Of a stretch of DNA of 64,000 nt, positions 8,635 to 18,483 are shown piece after piece (the stretch's first letter is position 1; each line of letters opens with the position of its first letter). The notes below the pieces were generated by a model. The model ran no database searches. It had not been told where the DNA came from and saw only the letters and a list, made by a program, of their open reading frames with translations. The translations under genes and the position numbers were made by a program. The stretch is from Candidatus Omnitrophota bacterium (GTDB lineage: Bacteria; Omnitrophota; Gorgyraeia; Zapsychrales; Fredricksoniimonadaceae): contig JACQCF010000014.1 of assembly GCA_016201795.1 (NCBI GenBank), positions 49,648-113,647 on the forward strand, written 5' to 3'.

Positions 8635-9051
8635 ATGATTAATCAAAACAAAACTCGGTGGTTCATGCTGGCGCTGGTAGCGGCAGGGGTGACCATGTTT
8701 TTTTTGAGTTTGAAACAAAATAATCAGCCCTCCAATAAAGTGGCCCTGCAGGAGGTCGTTCAAGACCCTGTGCCTTCACCGGCGATTGTCACCAGCCCCG
8801 AAGGCGGCCAGGAGACTGGTTTTGCCGTGCAGGTCTATTCATTTGGGGATAAGAACAGGGCACAGGCAGCTTTAACCAATCTTAAAAACAATGGTTACAA
8901 GGCTTATTTGGTCATCAGCGATTTGGGACCCAAAGGGATATGGTATCGGGTGCGCATCGGTGGTTTGCAAAATGAACTCCAGGCCAGGGCCATGCTCAAT
9001 GAGGTGCGTAAAATTTATCATAGCGGCTTTATCGTCAAACCTAAAAAGTAA
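8635..9051 (+). CDS. SPOR-domain (septal peptidoglycan-binding) protein
   Basis: TM anchor followed by a C-terminal SPOR-like domain (FAVQVYSFGDKNRAQAALTNLKNNGYKAYLV...WYRVRIGGLQNELQARAML). Confidence 0.7.
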   Translation: MINQNKTRWFMLALVAAGVTMFFLSLKQNNQPSNKVALQEVVQDPVPSPAIVTSPEGGQETGFAVQVYSFGDKNRAQAALTNLKNNGYKAYLVISDLGPKGIWYRVRIGGLQNELQARAMLNEVRKIYHSGFIVKPKK

Positions 9052-9136
9052 TACTTCACAGTCGACGACAATGGTAAGGCCAAGTCCTATAAAAACAAGT
9101 TGCTAGCCTTTGTCGATTCAGATAGAATAGCGCGTT

Positions 9137-9514
9137 ATGAAAATTCTTGTAGTCGATGACTCTGCTCTCGATCGCAAACTTTTAGTCCGCACTTTGATGA
9201 AAGCGGAAGTTAAGCAAGAAATTCTTGAGGCCGAAGACGGCGACCAGGCGCTGCAGGTCATGGCTAATAGCTATCAAGATATCAGTGTTGTGCTTCTGGA
9301 CTGGCAGATGCCTAAGATGTCCGGTCTTCAGCTGATGGCCGGAATGATTAAAATTCCGGTTTTGTCGTCGATTCCTATTATTATGGTGACGGCCTCGGGT
9401 TCAGAGGATAATAAAAAAATGGCCAGAGAAGTCAATCCCCATCTGGCGGGTTATATTGTTAAGCCTTATAAACCGCAGGAACTTTTGGAAGCCATGAGGC
9501 CCTATTTAAAATAA
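9137..9514 (+). CDS. Single-domain response regulator (CheY-like receiver)
   Basis: MKILVVDDS...VLLDWQMPKMSG...IIMVTASG...KP. All receiver active-site positions are present. Confidence 0.85.
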   Translation: MKILVVDDSALDRKLLVRTLMKAEVKQEILEAEDGDQALQVMANSYQDISVVLLDWQMPKMSGLQLMAGMIKIPVLSSIPIIMVTASGSEDNKKMAREVNPHLAGYIVKPYKPQELLEAMRPYLK

Positions 9515-9522
9515 TCTAAAAC

Positions 9523-10113
9523 ATGGCCGACGCTAAATCTAACGCAGAACTTTTGACCATGGCGCGGGCTTTATCCATGGCGGTGAAAAAAGTGTTCTTT
9601 GAGAAATCCGAAACCAGGTTTTCCGGTGAGCCGATCATTGAAGAGAAGAGGATTACCCAGTTTGTCAACCGCATGCGTGTGGATGCCATGGAAAAGTTCA
9701 ATGTCACGACTTTTTTGTCAGCGGTCCACTATTATAAGGATACCGCGGCTCTGGAGAAAAACGATCCGGTGGGTTTGATCGTGGTCTATATCGAGCGTAC
9801 CTTTGTTCCCGAGATGCTGCGGCTTTTAAGATATCCTTACATCGATTATGATCATGACGATGAGGTCTTGGATGGCGCAGGAGCGATCGCCAATTTGATT
9901 GCCGGATATTTCAAGAAAGAGTTAAGTCGTCTGGGGTATATCGATCTGGAAATGTCGCATTTTAAAAGCGCCATCAACAGTGTTTTAGACGGCATTGAGT
10001 ATTGTAAAGGTCAGACGCACAAATATGAACTCAGCTTTAGCATCGAGGATCAAAAGAGATTAGCGGTGGAAATGGTCATGGGCCCTTTGCCTAAAATGAG
10101 CGGGGATGAGTAG
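9523..10113 (+). CDS. CheX/CheC-like putative CheY-P phosphatase-domain protein
   Basis: The segment DGAGAIANLIAGYFKKEL fits the E-x2-N-containing helix motif of the CheC/CheX/FliY phosphatase family. It lies between two receiver genes. Confidence 0.5.
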   Translation: MADAKSNAELLTMARALSMAVKKVFFEKSETRFSGEPIIEEKRITQFVNRMRVDAMEKFNVTTFLSAVHYYKDTAALEKNDPVGLIVVYIERTFVPEMLRLLRYPYIDYDHDDEVLDGAGAIANLIAGYFKKELSRLGYIDLEMSHFKSAINSVLDGIEYCKGQTHKYELSFSIEDQKRLAVEMVMGPLPKMSGDE

Positions 10114-10150
10114 TATTTAAGCCTGCCTGCCGGCAGGCAGAAAGAACAAT

Positions 10151-10516
10151 ATGTCTAAAAGAATTTTGGTGGTCGATGATGATCCTACTTTAATTAAAGT
10201 GATTCAGCCGTTTTTGGAATCCCACGGTTTTGCAGTGACCGTGGCCTGTGACGGTGATCAGGGCATTGAAGAGGTGAAAAAGAATCAGCCGGATTTGATT
10301 GTTTTAGACGTGCGGATGCCCAAAATGAACGGCTACATTTTTATTTTAGAATTAAAAAAAATCGTTAACATCAAAGCCATTCCCATTATTGTTCTCACCG
10401 CCAAAGAAGGGATGGCGGAGATTTTTAAAGTGGAAGGTGTTAAAGAATATGTCACCAAACCGTTTAAACCGGAAGCGCTTTTGACCGCCATTGAAAAATA
10501 TATTGCACCTGTCTAA
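10151..10516 (+). CDS. Single-domain response regulator (CheY-like receiver)
   Basis: MSKRILVVDDDP...LIVLDVRMPKMNG...IIVLTAKE...KPFKP. Confidence 0.85.
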   Translation: MSKRILVVDDDPTLIKVIQPFLESHGFAVTVACDGDQGIEEVKKNQPDLIVLDVRMPKMNGYIFILELKKIVNIKAIPIIVLTAKEGMAEIFKVEGVKEYVTKPFKPEALLTAIEKYIAPV

Positions 10517-10561
10517 AGTCTGCCGTTCGTGTCCCCATAGAAAGGTTAAAGGTTAATTCTA

Positions 10562-12202
10562 ATGAATAGTTTTGATTTAAAATTTTTAGGGATTGAAAGT
10601 AAAGAACTGTATTATAACCTGTCTTTCGACGAGCTTTTTCGTCATGAGACCTCTATCGGCCTAGAGGGCTATGAACGGGCCGTGGTGACCACCCTGGGGG
10701 CCGTGTCGGTGGATACCGGCAAATTCACCGGCCGTTCTCCCAAAGATAAATACATTGTCATGGATGACCAAACCAAAGAGACCCTCTGGTGGGCCAATGG
10801 CCTGCCCAGCGGTTCGGATAATAAACCTATTTCTAAGGAAGCGTGGGCGCATCTCAAGGACCTTTCGGTAAAACAATTAAATGGTCAAAAGCTTTATGTC
10901 ATGGACGGTTTCTGTGGGGCCAACAAAGACACCCGTCTTTGTGTGCGCTTGGTCACGGAAGTTGCCTGGATGGCGCATTTTTTTAAGAATATGTTCATCC
11001 GTCCGACGCAGGAAGAGTTGAAAACGTTTAAACCTGATTGGACGATTCTCAACGCCTGCAAAACCACCTGTCAGGATTATCAACAATGGGGTTTGCGTTC
11101 GGAAGTCTTTGTGGCCTTTAATATCAGCGAGCGTATGACGGTCATCGGTGGTACCTGGTACGGCGGAGAAATCAAGAAGGGTATTTTTTCGATTATGAAT
11201 TATTTTTTACCGCTTAAAGGCATCGGTGCCTTTCACTGCTCGGCCAATCAGGGTCGCAAGGGCGATGCCGCCCTGTTTTTCGGTTTATCCGGCACCGGCA
11301 AAACCACTTTATCCACGGATCCCAAGCGCGCCCTTATCGGCGACGATGAGCATGGCTGGGACAAGGAGGGCATTTTTAATTTTGAAGGTGGCTGTTACGC
11401 CAAATGCATCGGTCTGACCCCCGAGCGTGAACCTGAGATTTTTCGTGCTATCCGCCGTGATGCCTTGTTGGAAAATTGTGAGGTGGACGCTAAGGGCCGT
11501 ATTGATTTTGCTTCCAAGAAAAAGACTGAGAATACCCGAGTGTCTTATCCCATAAACTTTATTGAAAATATCGTCAAACCTGTTTCCAAGGGCGCACACC
11601 CCTCGACGATCATCTTTTTAGCTTGCGATGCCTATGGCGTTTTGCCGCCGGTGGCCAAGCTGACCAAGGAGCAGGCGATGTACCATTATTTAAGTGGTTA
11701 TACCGCGAAAGTCGCCGGCACGGAGCTTGGGGTTAAAGAGCCGACGGCGACCTTCTCGGCGTGTTTTGGCAAAGCCTTTTTGATGGTGCATCCGACCAAA
11801 TATGCCGAAATCCTGGCGAAAAAAATGCAAGAGCACAAATCTTCGGTATATCTGATCAATACCGGTTGGATTGCCGGGCCGTATGGGGTGGGTTATCGCA
11901 TGCCTCTCAAAGATAATCGCCTTAGCATCGATGCGATTTTAGACGGCAGTTTAGACAACAGCGAGTTTGAAACCCTGGCTGTTTTTAATTTGCAAATTCC
12001 TAAAGCGGTCAAGGGTGTGGATCCGAAAATTTTCAATCCTCGTAATTTATGGGCGGATAAAAACGCTTACGATCAAGCAGCCCGCAAATTGGCCGGGATG
12101 TTTATTGAGAATTTCAAACTCTTTACCGACACGCCGCAGGGGAAAGCTTTGGTGGCGGCTGGTCCGCAAATAGAAGCCTTGCAAATAAGAGAGGCCTTAT
12201 GA
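10562..12202 (+). CDS. pckA: Phosphoenolpyruvate carboxykinase (ATP)
   Basis: Translation matches ATP-dependent PEPCK along its full length, including the kinase-1a motif [13 protein letters not shown] and [10 protein letters not shown]. Confidence 0.95.
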   Translation: MNSFDLKFLGIESKELYYNLSFDELFRHETSIGLEGYERAVVTTLGAVSVDTGKFTGRSPKDKYIVMDDQTKETLWWANGLPSGSDNKPISKEAWAHLKDLSVKQLNGQKLYVMDGFCGANKDTRLCVRLVTEVAWMAHFFKNMFIRPTQEELKTFKPDWTILNACKTTCQDYQQWGLRSEVFVAFNISERMTVIGGTWYGGEIKKGIFSIMNYFLPLKGIGAFHCSANQGRKGDAALFFGLSGTGKTTLSTDPKRALIGDDEHGWDKEGIFNFEGGCYAKCIGLTPEREPEIFRAIRRDALLENCEVDAKGRIDFASKKKTENTRVSYPINFIENIVKPVSKGAHPSTIIFLACDAYGVLPPVAKLTKEQAMYHYLSGYTAKVAGTELGVKEPTATFSACFGKAFLMVHPTKYAEILAKKMQEHKSSVYLINTGWIAGPYGVGYRMPLKDNRLSIDAILDGSLDNSEFETLAVFNLQIPKAVKGVDPKIFNPRNLWADKNAYDQAARKLAGMFIENFKLFTDTPQGKALVAAGPQIEALQIREAL

Positions 12203-13050
12203 ACCACGCTATTTTATTGATTTCCTGTCCTGACAGCAAAGGCATCACCGCGGCCGTCACCGGGTTTATCGCCACCAACAGCGGGAATATTATCCACGCG
12301 GATCAGCATATTGACGAACAAAGCAATACATTTTTTATGCGCATTGAGTGGTCGCTTAAGGGTTTTCATATCAAGCGTGAGAACATCGTGGAAGTATTCG
12401 GGCCGATTGCTCAAAAATTTCATATGATCTGGCAGTTACATTTTACGGATCAAAAGATGCGTACGGCGATTTTTGTCAGCAAACACTTGCATTGTCTTTA
12501 TGATTTGCTTTATCGCTACAGAGCCGGCCAATTGGCCTGTGAAATGGTGGTGATTATCAGTAATCACCCCGATGCTCAAAACCTCGCGAAAGATTTTAAA
12601 ATCAAGTTCCATGAATTTGCGGTTCTTAAGGAGAACAAGTCTGAACAAGAGAAAAAACAGATGGAAATTCTAAAGCAGGAGAACATCGATGTGGTTGTTT
12701 TAGCCCGTTATCATCAAATCCTCACACCGGCTTTTGTCAACGCGTATAAAAATCGGATTATCAACATTCATCATTCGTTCCTGCCGGCTTTTGCCGGTCA
12801 AAATCCTTATCTGCAAGCTTACCAGAGGGGTGTGAAGCTTATCGGGGCCACCAGCCATTATGTGACCCAAGCCCTGGACGAGGGGCCGATTATCGAACAG
12901 GATACCGTGCGTATCAGCCACCGGGATGCGCTGGAAGACTTGGTACGCAAAGGTGAAGACCTCGAGAAGGTCGTCTTGAGTCGTGCCGTGCGCTGGCATT
13001 TAGAAAAGAAAATTTTGTGTTACGCCAACAAGACGGTGGTGTTTGATTAA
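12199..13050 (+). CDS. purU: Formyltetrahydrofolate deformylase
   Basis: N-terminal ACT domain followed by a formyltransferase core ([21 protein letters not shown]). The start overlaps the pckA stop. Confidence 0.9.
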   Translation: MNHAILLISCPDSKGITAAVTGFIATNSGNIIHADQHIDEQSNTFFMRIEWSLKGFHIKRENIVEVFGPIAQKFHMIWQLHFTDQKMRTAIFVSKHLHCLYDLLYRYRAGQLACEMVVIISNHPDAQNLAKDFKIKFHEFAVLKENKSEQEKKQMEILKQENIDVVVLARYHQILTPAFVNAYKNRIINIHHSFLPAFAGQNPYLQAYQRGVKLIGATSHYVTQALDEGPIIEQDTVRISHRDALEDLVRKGEDLEKVVLSRAVRWHLEKKILCYANKTVVFD

Positions 13051-13060
13051 GCAAGCTGAT

Positions 13061-13088
13061 TTGACAAAGATTAAAAATATGTTATAGT
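13061..13088 (+). promoter_or_regulatory. Sigma70-like promoter (TTGACA, 16-nt spacer, TATAGT) upstream of the 13099 ORF
   Basis: ttgaca at 13061-13066 and tatagt at 13083-13088. Confidence 0.4.
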
Positions 13089-13098
13089 TGATACAGTT

Positions 13099-13473
13099 AT
13101 GCGTAAAACAGTCAAAATCATCGCAGCAGTTTTTGTCGGTTTGATTTTCCTAGCCAGTGTGGCGTTATGCTCCTGTGCGGTTAAATCAGCGCATGTCTTT
13201 GGGAAAAAGATCTCCTGCTCTGATTGCGCTTCCAAAGCCCAGCCAACACCCCTCAGTCATGAATGTTGTTTGACCAAAACCATTCCTATGGATGCGGCTA
13301 AAAACTTAGTTGTGTCCATGCCTTTGTTTTCGTGGTGGCCAGTGGTGATGGCCAGCCTTCTCTATATTGTACCCCGTCCACATATTGCTTTTAGAACCGC
13401 CTATCTCAACGGCCCGCCAGGACTGGTTTCTCTAGTTCCTCTGTATATCCAATCCCGCAGTCTGCGCATTTAA
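13099..13473 (+). CDS. Small Cys-rich membrane-anchored hypothetical protein
   Basis: N-terminal TM followed by a CSC...CSDC...HECC cysteine cluster. It lies immediately upstream of the metal-efflux operon. Confidence 0.4.
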   Translation: MRKTVKIIAAVFVGLIFLASVALCSCAVKSAHVFGKKISCSDCASKAQPTPLSHECCLTKTIPMDAAKNLVVSMPLFSWWPVVMASLLYIVPRPHIAFRTAYLNGPPGLVSLVPLYIQSRSLRI

Positions 13474-13487
13474 CGCTTCCCAATAAT

Positions 13488-13579
13488 GCCATTGCGAGTC
13501 CCGACGATTGTATCGGGGCGAAGCAATCTTTTAATTTAGAAAGATTGCTTCAGTCGCTACGCTCCTTCGCAATGACACC
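13488..13579. repeat. REP/MITE-like imperfect palindrome built on a roughly 40-nt unit (copy 1)
   Basis: The right arm aaagattgcttcagtcgctacgctccttcgcaatgacacc is nearly identical to the reverse complement of the left arm of the 42101-42189 copy. The left arm here is a degenerate inverted copy. Confidence 0.55.
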
Positions 13580-13610
13580 AGTGAAACTTTAATAAGTTAA
13601 TGGAGGCGCT

Positions 13611-14699
13611 ATGAAAAGAATCATTCTTATATTAACCTTAGTTTTATGTTCAACAATCAATGGGTGGGCTAAAGATATTTACTATTGTCCCATGCATCCG
13701 TTTTATACCAGTGATAAGCCAGGCACTTGTCCCATCTGCTACATGAATTTGGTTAAAAAAAGAGGAGACCCCCGTGCGGAAGCTGCATTGATGGCACGTG
13801 AGGCCGCTGCTCACAGAAATGATGTGGCCGGTTACACACCGGTTCGCATTGATAACAGGCAAATGCAGTTGATGGGAGTCAGGACAACAGTGGTGCGCAA
13901 GCAAGTTTTGGTCAAGACCGTTAGGACTTTCGGCTATATTTCCACCCATCACCAGTTGTATGAACTGCAGGATGAATATATCCGGGCTTATTTGGATTTT
14001 ACGCTGGCCTTTCGTGATTACCGTCGAGCCGAACATATACGCCGCAGTTGGGAAACCCACCGCGAATTACAACTTAAACTGCACGAGGCTGAAGATAAAC
14101 TGCTGCGTTTAGGCTTTGGCCCTTATCAAATTGAGGAGCTGCAAAAGATTTCATGGAAAACCCCCTGGGTTCAGCCGCCATTACTGTTTTTTAAAGAAGG
14201 TAATGTGGTCAGTTATTGGGTGGTGGCGCAGATTTTTGAACAGGACATGGGGTTTGTGGAAGCCGGTCAAAAGGTACAAATAGAGATCCCTGCTTATGGA
14301 GAAAAGACCAAGGGTATTATCCGTTCGGTGGGGGGCATCTTGGATCAGCAGACCAGAACAGTTAATGCGCTCATTGAGTTGGATGGTTACAAAGGAGAAT
14401 TAGCTGGAAATATGTTGGTGAACGTCAGCATTGCCATTGAGCTGAATGAAGACCTTATTGTCCCGCAAGAGGCGGTGATGGATACGGGATTAAGGAAAAT
14501 TGTGTTTGTACAGACCCGGCCGGGTGTTTTTGAGCCGAGAGAAATTCAGGTGCTGGCTTTAGGCGATAACGGCTGGGCCGTTAAATCCGGATTAAAAGAA
14601 GGCCAGAAGGTCGTGGTCGATGGCAATTTCCTCATGGACTCCGAAAGCCGTTTGCAAGCAACCTTGGAAAACCAGTCGGGGGGTGATGACCATGATTGA
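13611..14699 (+). CDS. cusB: Efflux RND periplasmic adaptor (CusB-like) with N-terminal YxCPMHP...CPxC metal-binding motif
   Basis: Signal peptide. DIYYCPMHPF...CPICYM motif. The rest has the membrane-fusion-protein architecture. Confidence 0.8.
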   Translation: MKRIILILTLVLCSTINGWAKDIYYCPMHPFYTSDKPGTCPICYMNLVKKRGDPRAEAALMAREAAAHRNDVAGYTPVRIDNRQMQLMGVRTTVVRKQVLVKTVRTFGYISTHHQLYELQDEYIRAYLDFTLAFRDYRRAEHIRRSWETHRELQLKLHEAEDKLLRLGFGPYQIEELQKISWKTPWVQPPLLFFKEGNVVSYWVVAQIFEQDMGFVEAGQKVQIEIPAYGEKTKGIIRSVGGILDQQTRTVNALIELDGYKGELAGNMLVNVSIAIELNEDLIVPQEAVMDTGLRKIVFVQTRPGVFEPREIQVLALGDNGWAVKSGLKEGQKVVVDGNFLMDSESRLQATLENQSGGDDHD

Positions 14700-17600
14700 C
14701 AAGCTCATTGAGTTTTCCGCGCGCAATAAATATCTGGTTATTCTGGTGGTCATGGTCTCTCTGGCAGCGGCTATTTGGTCGATGAGAAATATTCCCCTCG
14801 ATGCCATCCCTGACCTTTCCGATACGCAGGTCATTATTTATTCCCGCTGGGACCGCAGCCCCGATATTATCGAGGACCAGGTGACCTATCCGATTGTCTC
14901 AACCCTTTTAGGCGTACCTGGTGTTAAAGCCGTACGCGGTTTTTCCGATTTCGGTTTTTCCTACGTCTATGTTATTTTTAAAGACGGCACGGATATTTAT
15001 TGGGCCAGAAGCCGCGTGCTGGAATATTTAAGCAAAATTATTCCGCGCTTGCCCGAGGGGGTGAGAAGCGAATTAGGGCCGGATGCCACCGGCGTGGGCT
15101 GGGTCTTTCAATACGCGCTCGTCGATAAAGGCGGCAAACATAATTTACAGGAGCTGCGCAGTTTTCAGGATTGGTATTTGCGTTATTATCTGCAAAGCGT
15201 GCCCGGGGTGGCGGAGGTGGCCCCTATCGGCGGTTTTGTCAAACAATATCAAATCACCGTTGATCCCAATAAACTTTTAGCCTATAACCTGCCTATCACC
15301 AAAGTGGTCGAATCCGTACGCCACGGCAATGAGGAGTCCGGGGGAAGATTGCTGGAATTTTCCGGTGCCGAATACATGGTGCGCGGCCACGGGTTGGTTA
15401 AATCAGTGAAAGATTTAGAAAATATCGTGGTAGCGGCAGATGTGAATGGCACACCCATTTTGCTTAAAAACGTCGCGCATGTGGCTATTGGCCCGGACAT
15501 CCGTCGTGGCCTGGCAGATTTAGATGGCCAGGGCGATGCCGTGGGCGGTACCATCGTCATGCGCTTCGGCGAAAACGCGCTCAATGTTATCCAGGCGGTT
15601 AAAGCCAAATTAAAAGAAATCGAGCCGTCTTTGCCCGAGGGCGTTAAGGTGGAGGTTACCTATGACCGCTCCGAACTCATTTTACGGGCGATTGATCATT
15701 TGAAGCATCAGCTCATCGAAGAAATGATTGTGGTTAGTTTGGTGATTTTGCTTTTCTTGTGGCATTTTCCTTCGGCATTTATCCCTATTATTACTATTCC
15801 CATTGCGGTGCTGCTGTCATTTATTCCGCTGCTGGGACTCAAAGTAACCTCCAACATCATGTCGCTGTCGGGCATTGCTATCTCCATTGGTGTTCTGGTT
15901 GATGGAGCTATTGTCCAGATGGAGAACGTCTATAAGCATTTGGAGTACTGGCACAAGGGACAGCGCCAGGAACATTACAGGGACGTGGTATTAAGGGCGC
16001 TCAAAGAGGTTGGCCCGTCGGTATTCTTCTCCTTGCTGGTGATTGCGGTTTCATTTTTGCCGATTTTTACGCTGGTTGATCAGGAGGGCCGTTTATTTAA
16101 ACCCTTGGCCTTCTCCAAAACTTTTGTCATGGCCATTGCCGCGGTTTTGGTGGTGACATTTAATCCGGCCATACGCATGCTGTTTTTACGCGTTCATCCT
16201 TTTAAATCCAAAATTGCTAATATGTTTCTGGTGGGCAAATATTATCCCGAAGAACAGCATCCGGTCAGCCGCGTACTGTTTCGCTGGTATGAACCGGTGT
16301 GTCGCTGGGTACTCAAGCACCCTAAACAAGTCTTACTGGGGGCTCTGATTGCGATGTTCACGACGGTTCCTGCCTATTTAAAACTTGGCTCTGAGTTTAT
16401 GCCTCCCTTGTGGGAAGGGGATATTCTTTATATGCCCATCACCATGCCGGGGATTTCCATCACGCAGGCCCAAAAACTTTTGCAGACGCAGGATCGCATT
16501 TTGAAAAGTTTTCCTCAGGTGGAAAGGGTTTGGGGCAAAGCCGGGCGCATGGAGAGCTCAACGGACCCGGCGCCTTTGTCCATGATGGAGACCACGGTGC
16601 TTTTAAAGCCGCCGTCTAAGTGGCCTAAGGCCATTTCCCACGAAGAGCTGATTAACCAGATGGATGCGGCGCTGAAAATTCCAGGGACCACCAATGCCTG
16701 GACCATGCCTATCAAAAACCGCATTGATATGCTCTCGACGGGGATCAGAACTCCTATTGGTATCAAAGTACTTGGTGCCGACCTTAATCAGATTGAACAT
16801 GTTGGAATTCAGTTGGAATCCATTTTAAAAGATGTGCGCGGTACGCGCAGTGTTTATGCCGAGCGTGTTTCCGGCGGGTATTTTTTGGATTTTGACCTCA
16901 AGCGCGAAGCCCTGGCCCGTTATGGCTTATCCATCGATGATGCCCAGATGACGATTGCCTCGGCCATCGGAGGTGAAAATATCACCACCACCATCGAAGG
17001 ACGCGAGCGTTATGGGGTCAATGTTCGTTATCCTAGGGAACTCAGGGACAATGTGGAAAAATTAAACAGGGTTTTTGTGGCTACGCCGTCGGGTATGCAA
17101 GTTCCTTTAGGTCAAATCGCGGATATTGTAATGCGCACCGGCCCCTCCATGATCCGTGATGAAAATGGTTTGATGTCCGGTTATGTGTATGTGGATGTAG
17201 CCGGGCGGGATATAGGTACTTATGTCGAGGAAGCCAGGGCGAAAGTGGCTTCCCAGCTCAAATTACCGCAAGGCTATAATTTGATCTGGAGCGGCCAGTA
17301 TGAAAATATGCTGCGTGTCAGGGAGAGATTAAAAGTGGTTATACCGTTGACGGTTTTTATTATCGCTTTGCTTTTGTATATGAACACTAAGTCCGTCGTG
17401 CCAACAGCTATTGTGCTGTTGTCCGTGCCGTTTTCTCTTATCGGGGCGGTGTGGCTGTTGTGGATTTTAGGTTATAACATCTCGATTGCCGTCTGGGTGG
17501 GGATGATCGCGCTCATGGGTCTGGATGCGGAAACCGGTGTTTTGCTGCTTTTGTTTATGGAATTAGCTTATAAGGATATGTTGCAGCGAGGGCAAATGAA

Positions 17601-17877
17601 AACGCGGGAGGATTTAAAGGCGGCCATCATTCAAGGGTCGGTGCGCCGTCTGCGGCCTAAGCTCATGACAGTGATGGCCGCATTCATAGGGCTTTTGCCG
17701 ATTATGTTCTCGGCTGGCACGGGGGCGGATGTGATGAAACGCATCGCGGCCCCCATGGTCGGCGGGCTGATTAGCTCATTTATCATAGGGCTTCTGGTTT
17801 ACCCGGCGATTTATTATTTGTGGAAAGTCAAAGGACTTTTAAAGAATAAACATGTCACAGAAAGGGGAAGTGTATGA
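14692..17877 (+). CDS. cusA: Heavy-metal efflux RND permease (CusA/CzcA family)
   Basis: About 1060 aa with 12-TM RND architecture. It has the HME-family N-terminus (MIDKLIEFSARNKYLV) and methionine-rich segments. Confidence 0.9.
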   Translation: MIDKLIEFSARNKYLVILVVMVSLAAAIWSMRNIPLDAIPDLSDTQVIIYSRWDRSPDIIEDQVTYPIVSTLLGVPGVKAVRGFSDFGFSYVYVIFKDGTDIYWARSRVLEYLSKIIPRLPEGVRSELGPDATGVGWVFQYALVDKGGKHNLQELRSFQDWYLRYYLQSVPGVAEVAPIGGFVKQYQITVDPNKLLAYNLPITKVVESVRHGNEESGGRLLEFSGAEYMVRGHGLVKSVKDLENIVVAADVNGTPILLKNVAHVAIGPDIRRGLADLDGQGDAVGGTIVMRFGENALNVIQAVKAKLKEIEPSLPEGVKVEVTYDRSELILRAIDHLKHQLIEEMIVVSLVILLFLWHFPSAFIPIITIPIAVLLSFIPLLGLKVTSNIMSLSGIAISIGVLVDGAIVQMENVYKHLEYWHKGQRQEHYRDVVLRALKEVGPSVFFSLLVIAVSFLPIFTLVDQEGRLFKPLAFSKTFVMAIAAVLVVTFNPAIRMLFLRVHPFKSKIANMFLVGKYYPEEQHPVSRVLFRWYEPVCRWVLKHPKQVLLGALIAMFTTVPAYLKLGSEFMPPLWEGDILYMPITMPGISITQAQKLLQTQDRILKSFPQVERVWGKAGRMESSTDPAPLSMMETTVLLKPPSKWPKAISHEELINQMDAALKIPGTTNAWTMPIKNRIDMLSTGIRTPIGIKVLGADLNQIEHVGIQLESILKDVRGTRSVYAERVSGGYFLDFDLKREALARYGLSIDDAQMTIASAIGGENITTTIEGRERYGVNVRYPRELRDNVEKLNRVFVATPSGMQVPLGQIADIVMRTGPSMIRDENGLMSGYVYVDVAGRDIGTYVEEARAKVASQLKLPQGYNLIWSGQYENMLRVRERLKVVIPLTVFIIALLLYMNTKSVVPTAIVLLSVPFSLIGAVWLLWILGYNISIAVWVGMIALMGLDAETGVLLLLFMELAYKDMLQRGQMKTREDLKAAIIQGSVRRLRPKLMTVMAAFIGLLPIMFSAGTGADVMKRIAAPMVGGLISSFIIGLLVYPAIYYLWKVKGLLKNKHVTERGSV

Positions 17878-18218
17878 AAACTAACATTATCATCATTGCA
17901 GCTCTTATTGGCCTTTTGTTGGGGTTTGTTTTGGTTTCTGGAGGACGGTATTGTTGCAGACTCAATCAGAACAGGCCAGCCCAGGCTTATATCCCGGTCG
18001 CCCAGGCAGATGCTCAAGCGAGCCAATCGGTGGAAGTGGGTAATACCATTTGTCCGATCAGCGGCAATTCGATTTATGCCATGGGAGGTCCTCTTAAGTA
18101 CGAGTATAAGGGGAAGATTTACAATTTATGCTGCGGGGGCTGCATCAGGCGTTTTGAAAGCGACCCTGAAAGATACAGCAAGATTGCCGAGGATGAAGCG
18201 AAAGGGCAAGCCCAATAA
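17874..18218 (+). CDS. YHS/TRASH-domain copper-binding protein
   Basis: CPISGNSI...YEYKGKIYNLCCGGCIRRFESDPERY matches the YHS domain. It has an N-terminal TM or signal segment. Confidence 0.7.
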   Translation: MKTNIIIIAALIGLLLGFVLVSGGRYCCRLNQNRPAQAYIPVAQADAQASQSVEVGNTICPISGNSIYAMGGPLKYEYKGKIYNLCCGGCIRRFESDPERYSKIAEDEAKGQAQ

Positions 18219-18243
18219 AATTACTCAAACAGGGAGGTATGAA

Positions 18244-18462
18244 ATGAAAAATCAAGCATGGATGATGGCCGTTTGCATGAGCACTTGCTGTCTGCTGCCG
18301 GTATTATTGGTTTCTGTGGCGCCCGCCGTGGGATTAAATAAACAGAGCATGTTTTTTATTTTTATAGTGGTTATGTTTTTGTGTTGCTTTATGATGATAC
18401 GTAGAGGGGACAGTTGCTGTGATCAACATAAAGATGAGGATCAAAAAAACAAACCGAACTAA
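18244..18462 (+). CDS. Small Cys-rich membrane protein (72 aa)
   Basis: GGGAGG ribosome-binding site 6 nt upstream of the ATG. Sequence MKNQAWMMAVCMSTCCLLP...CCFMMIRRGDSCCDQHKDED. It sits between the YHS and TolC-like genes. Confidence 0.4.
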   Translation: MKNQAWMMAVCMSTCCLLPVLLVSVAPAVGLNKQSMFFIFIVVMFLCCFMMIRRGDSCCDQHKDEDQKNKPN

Positions 18463-18483
18463 AACTTCAAGGGAAACCTGTTG

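Noticed and set aside
17896-18462. 188-aa plus-strand ORF overlapping the YHS gene in another frame
   Set aside because: The first two thirds overlap the YHS-domain ORF, which has a recognisable domain. Only the last 72 codons (18244-18462) have their own ribosome-binding site and a membrane-protein-like composition, so only that part was kept.
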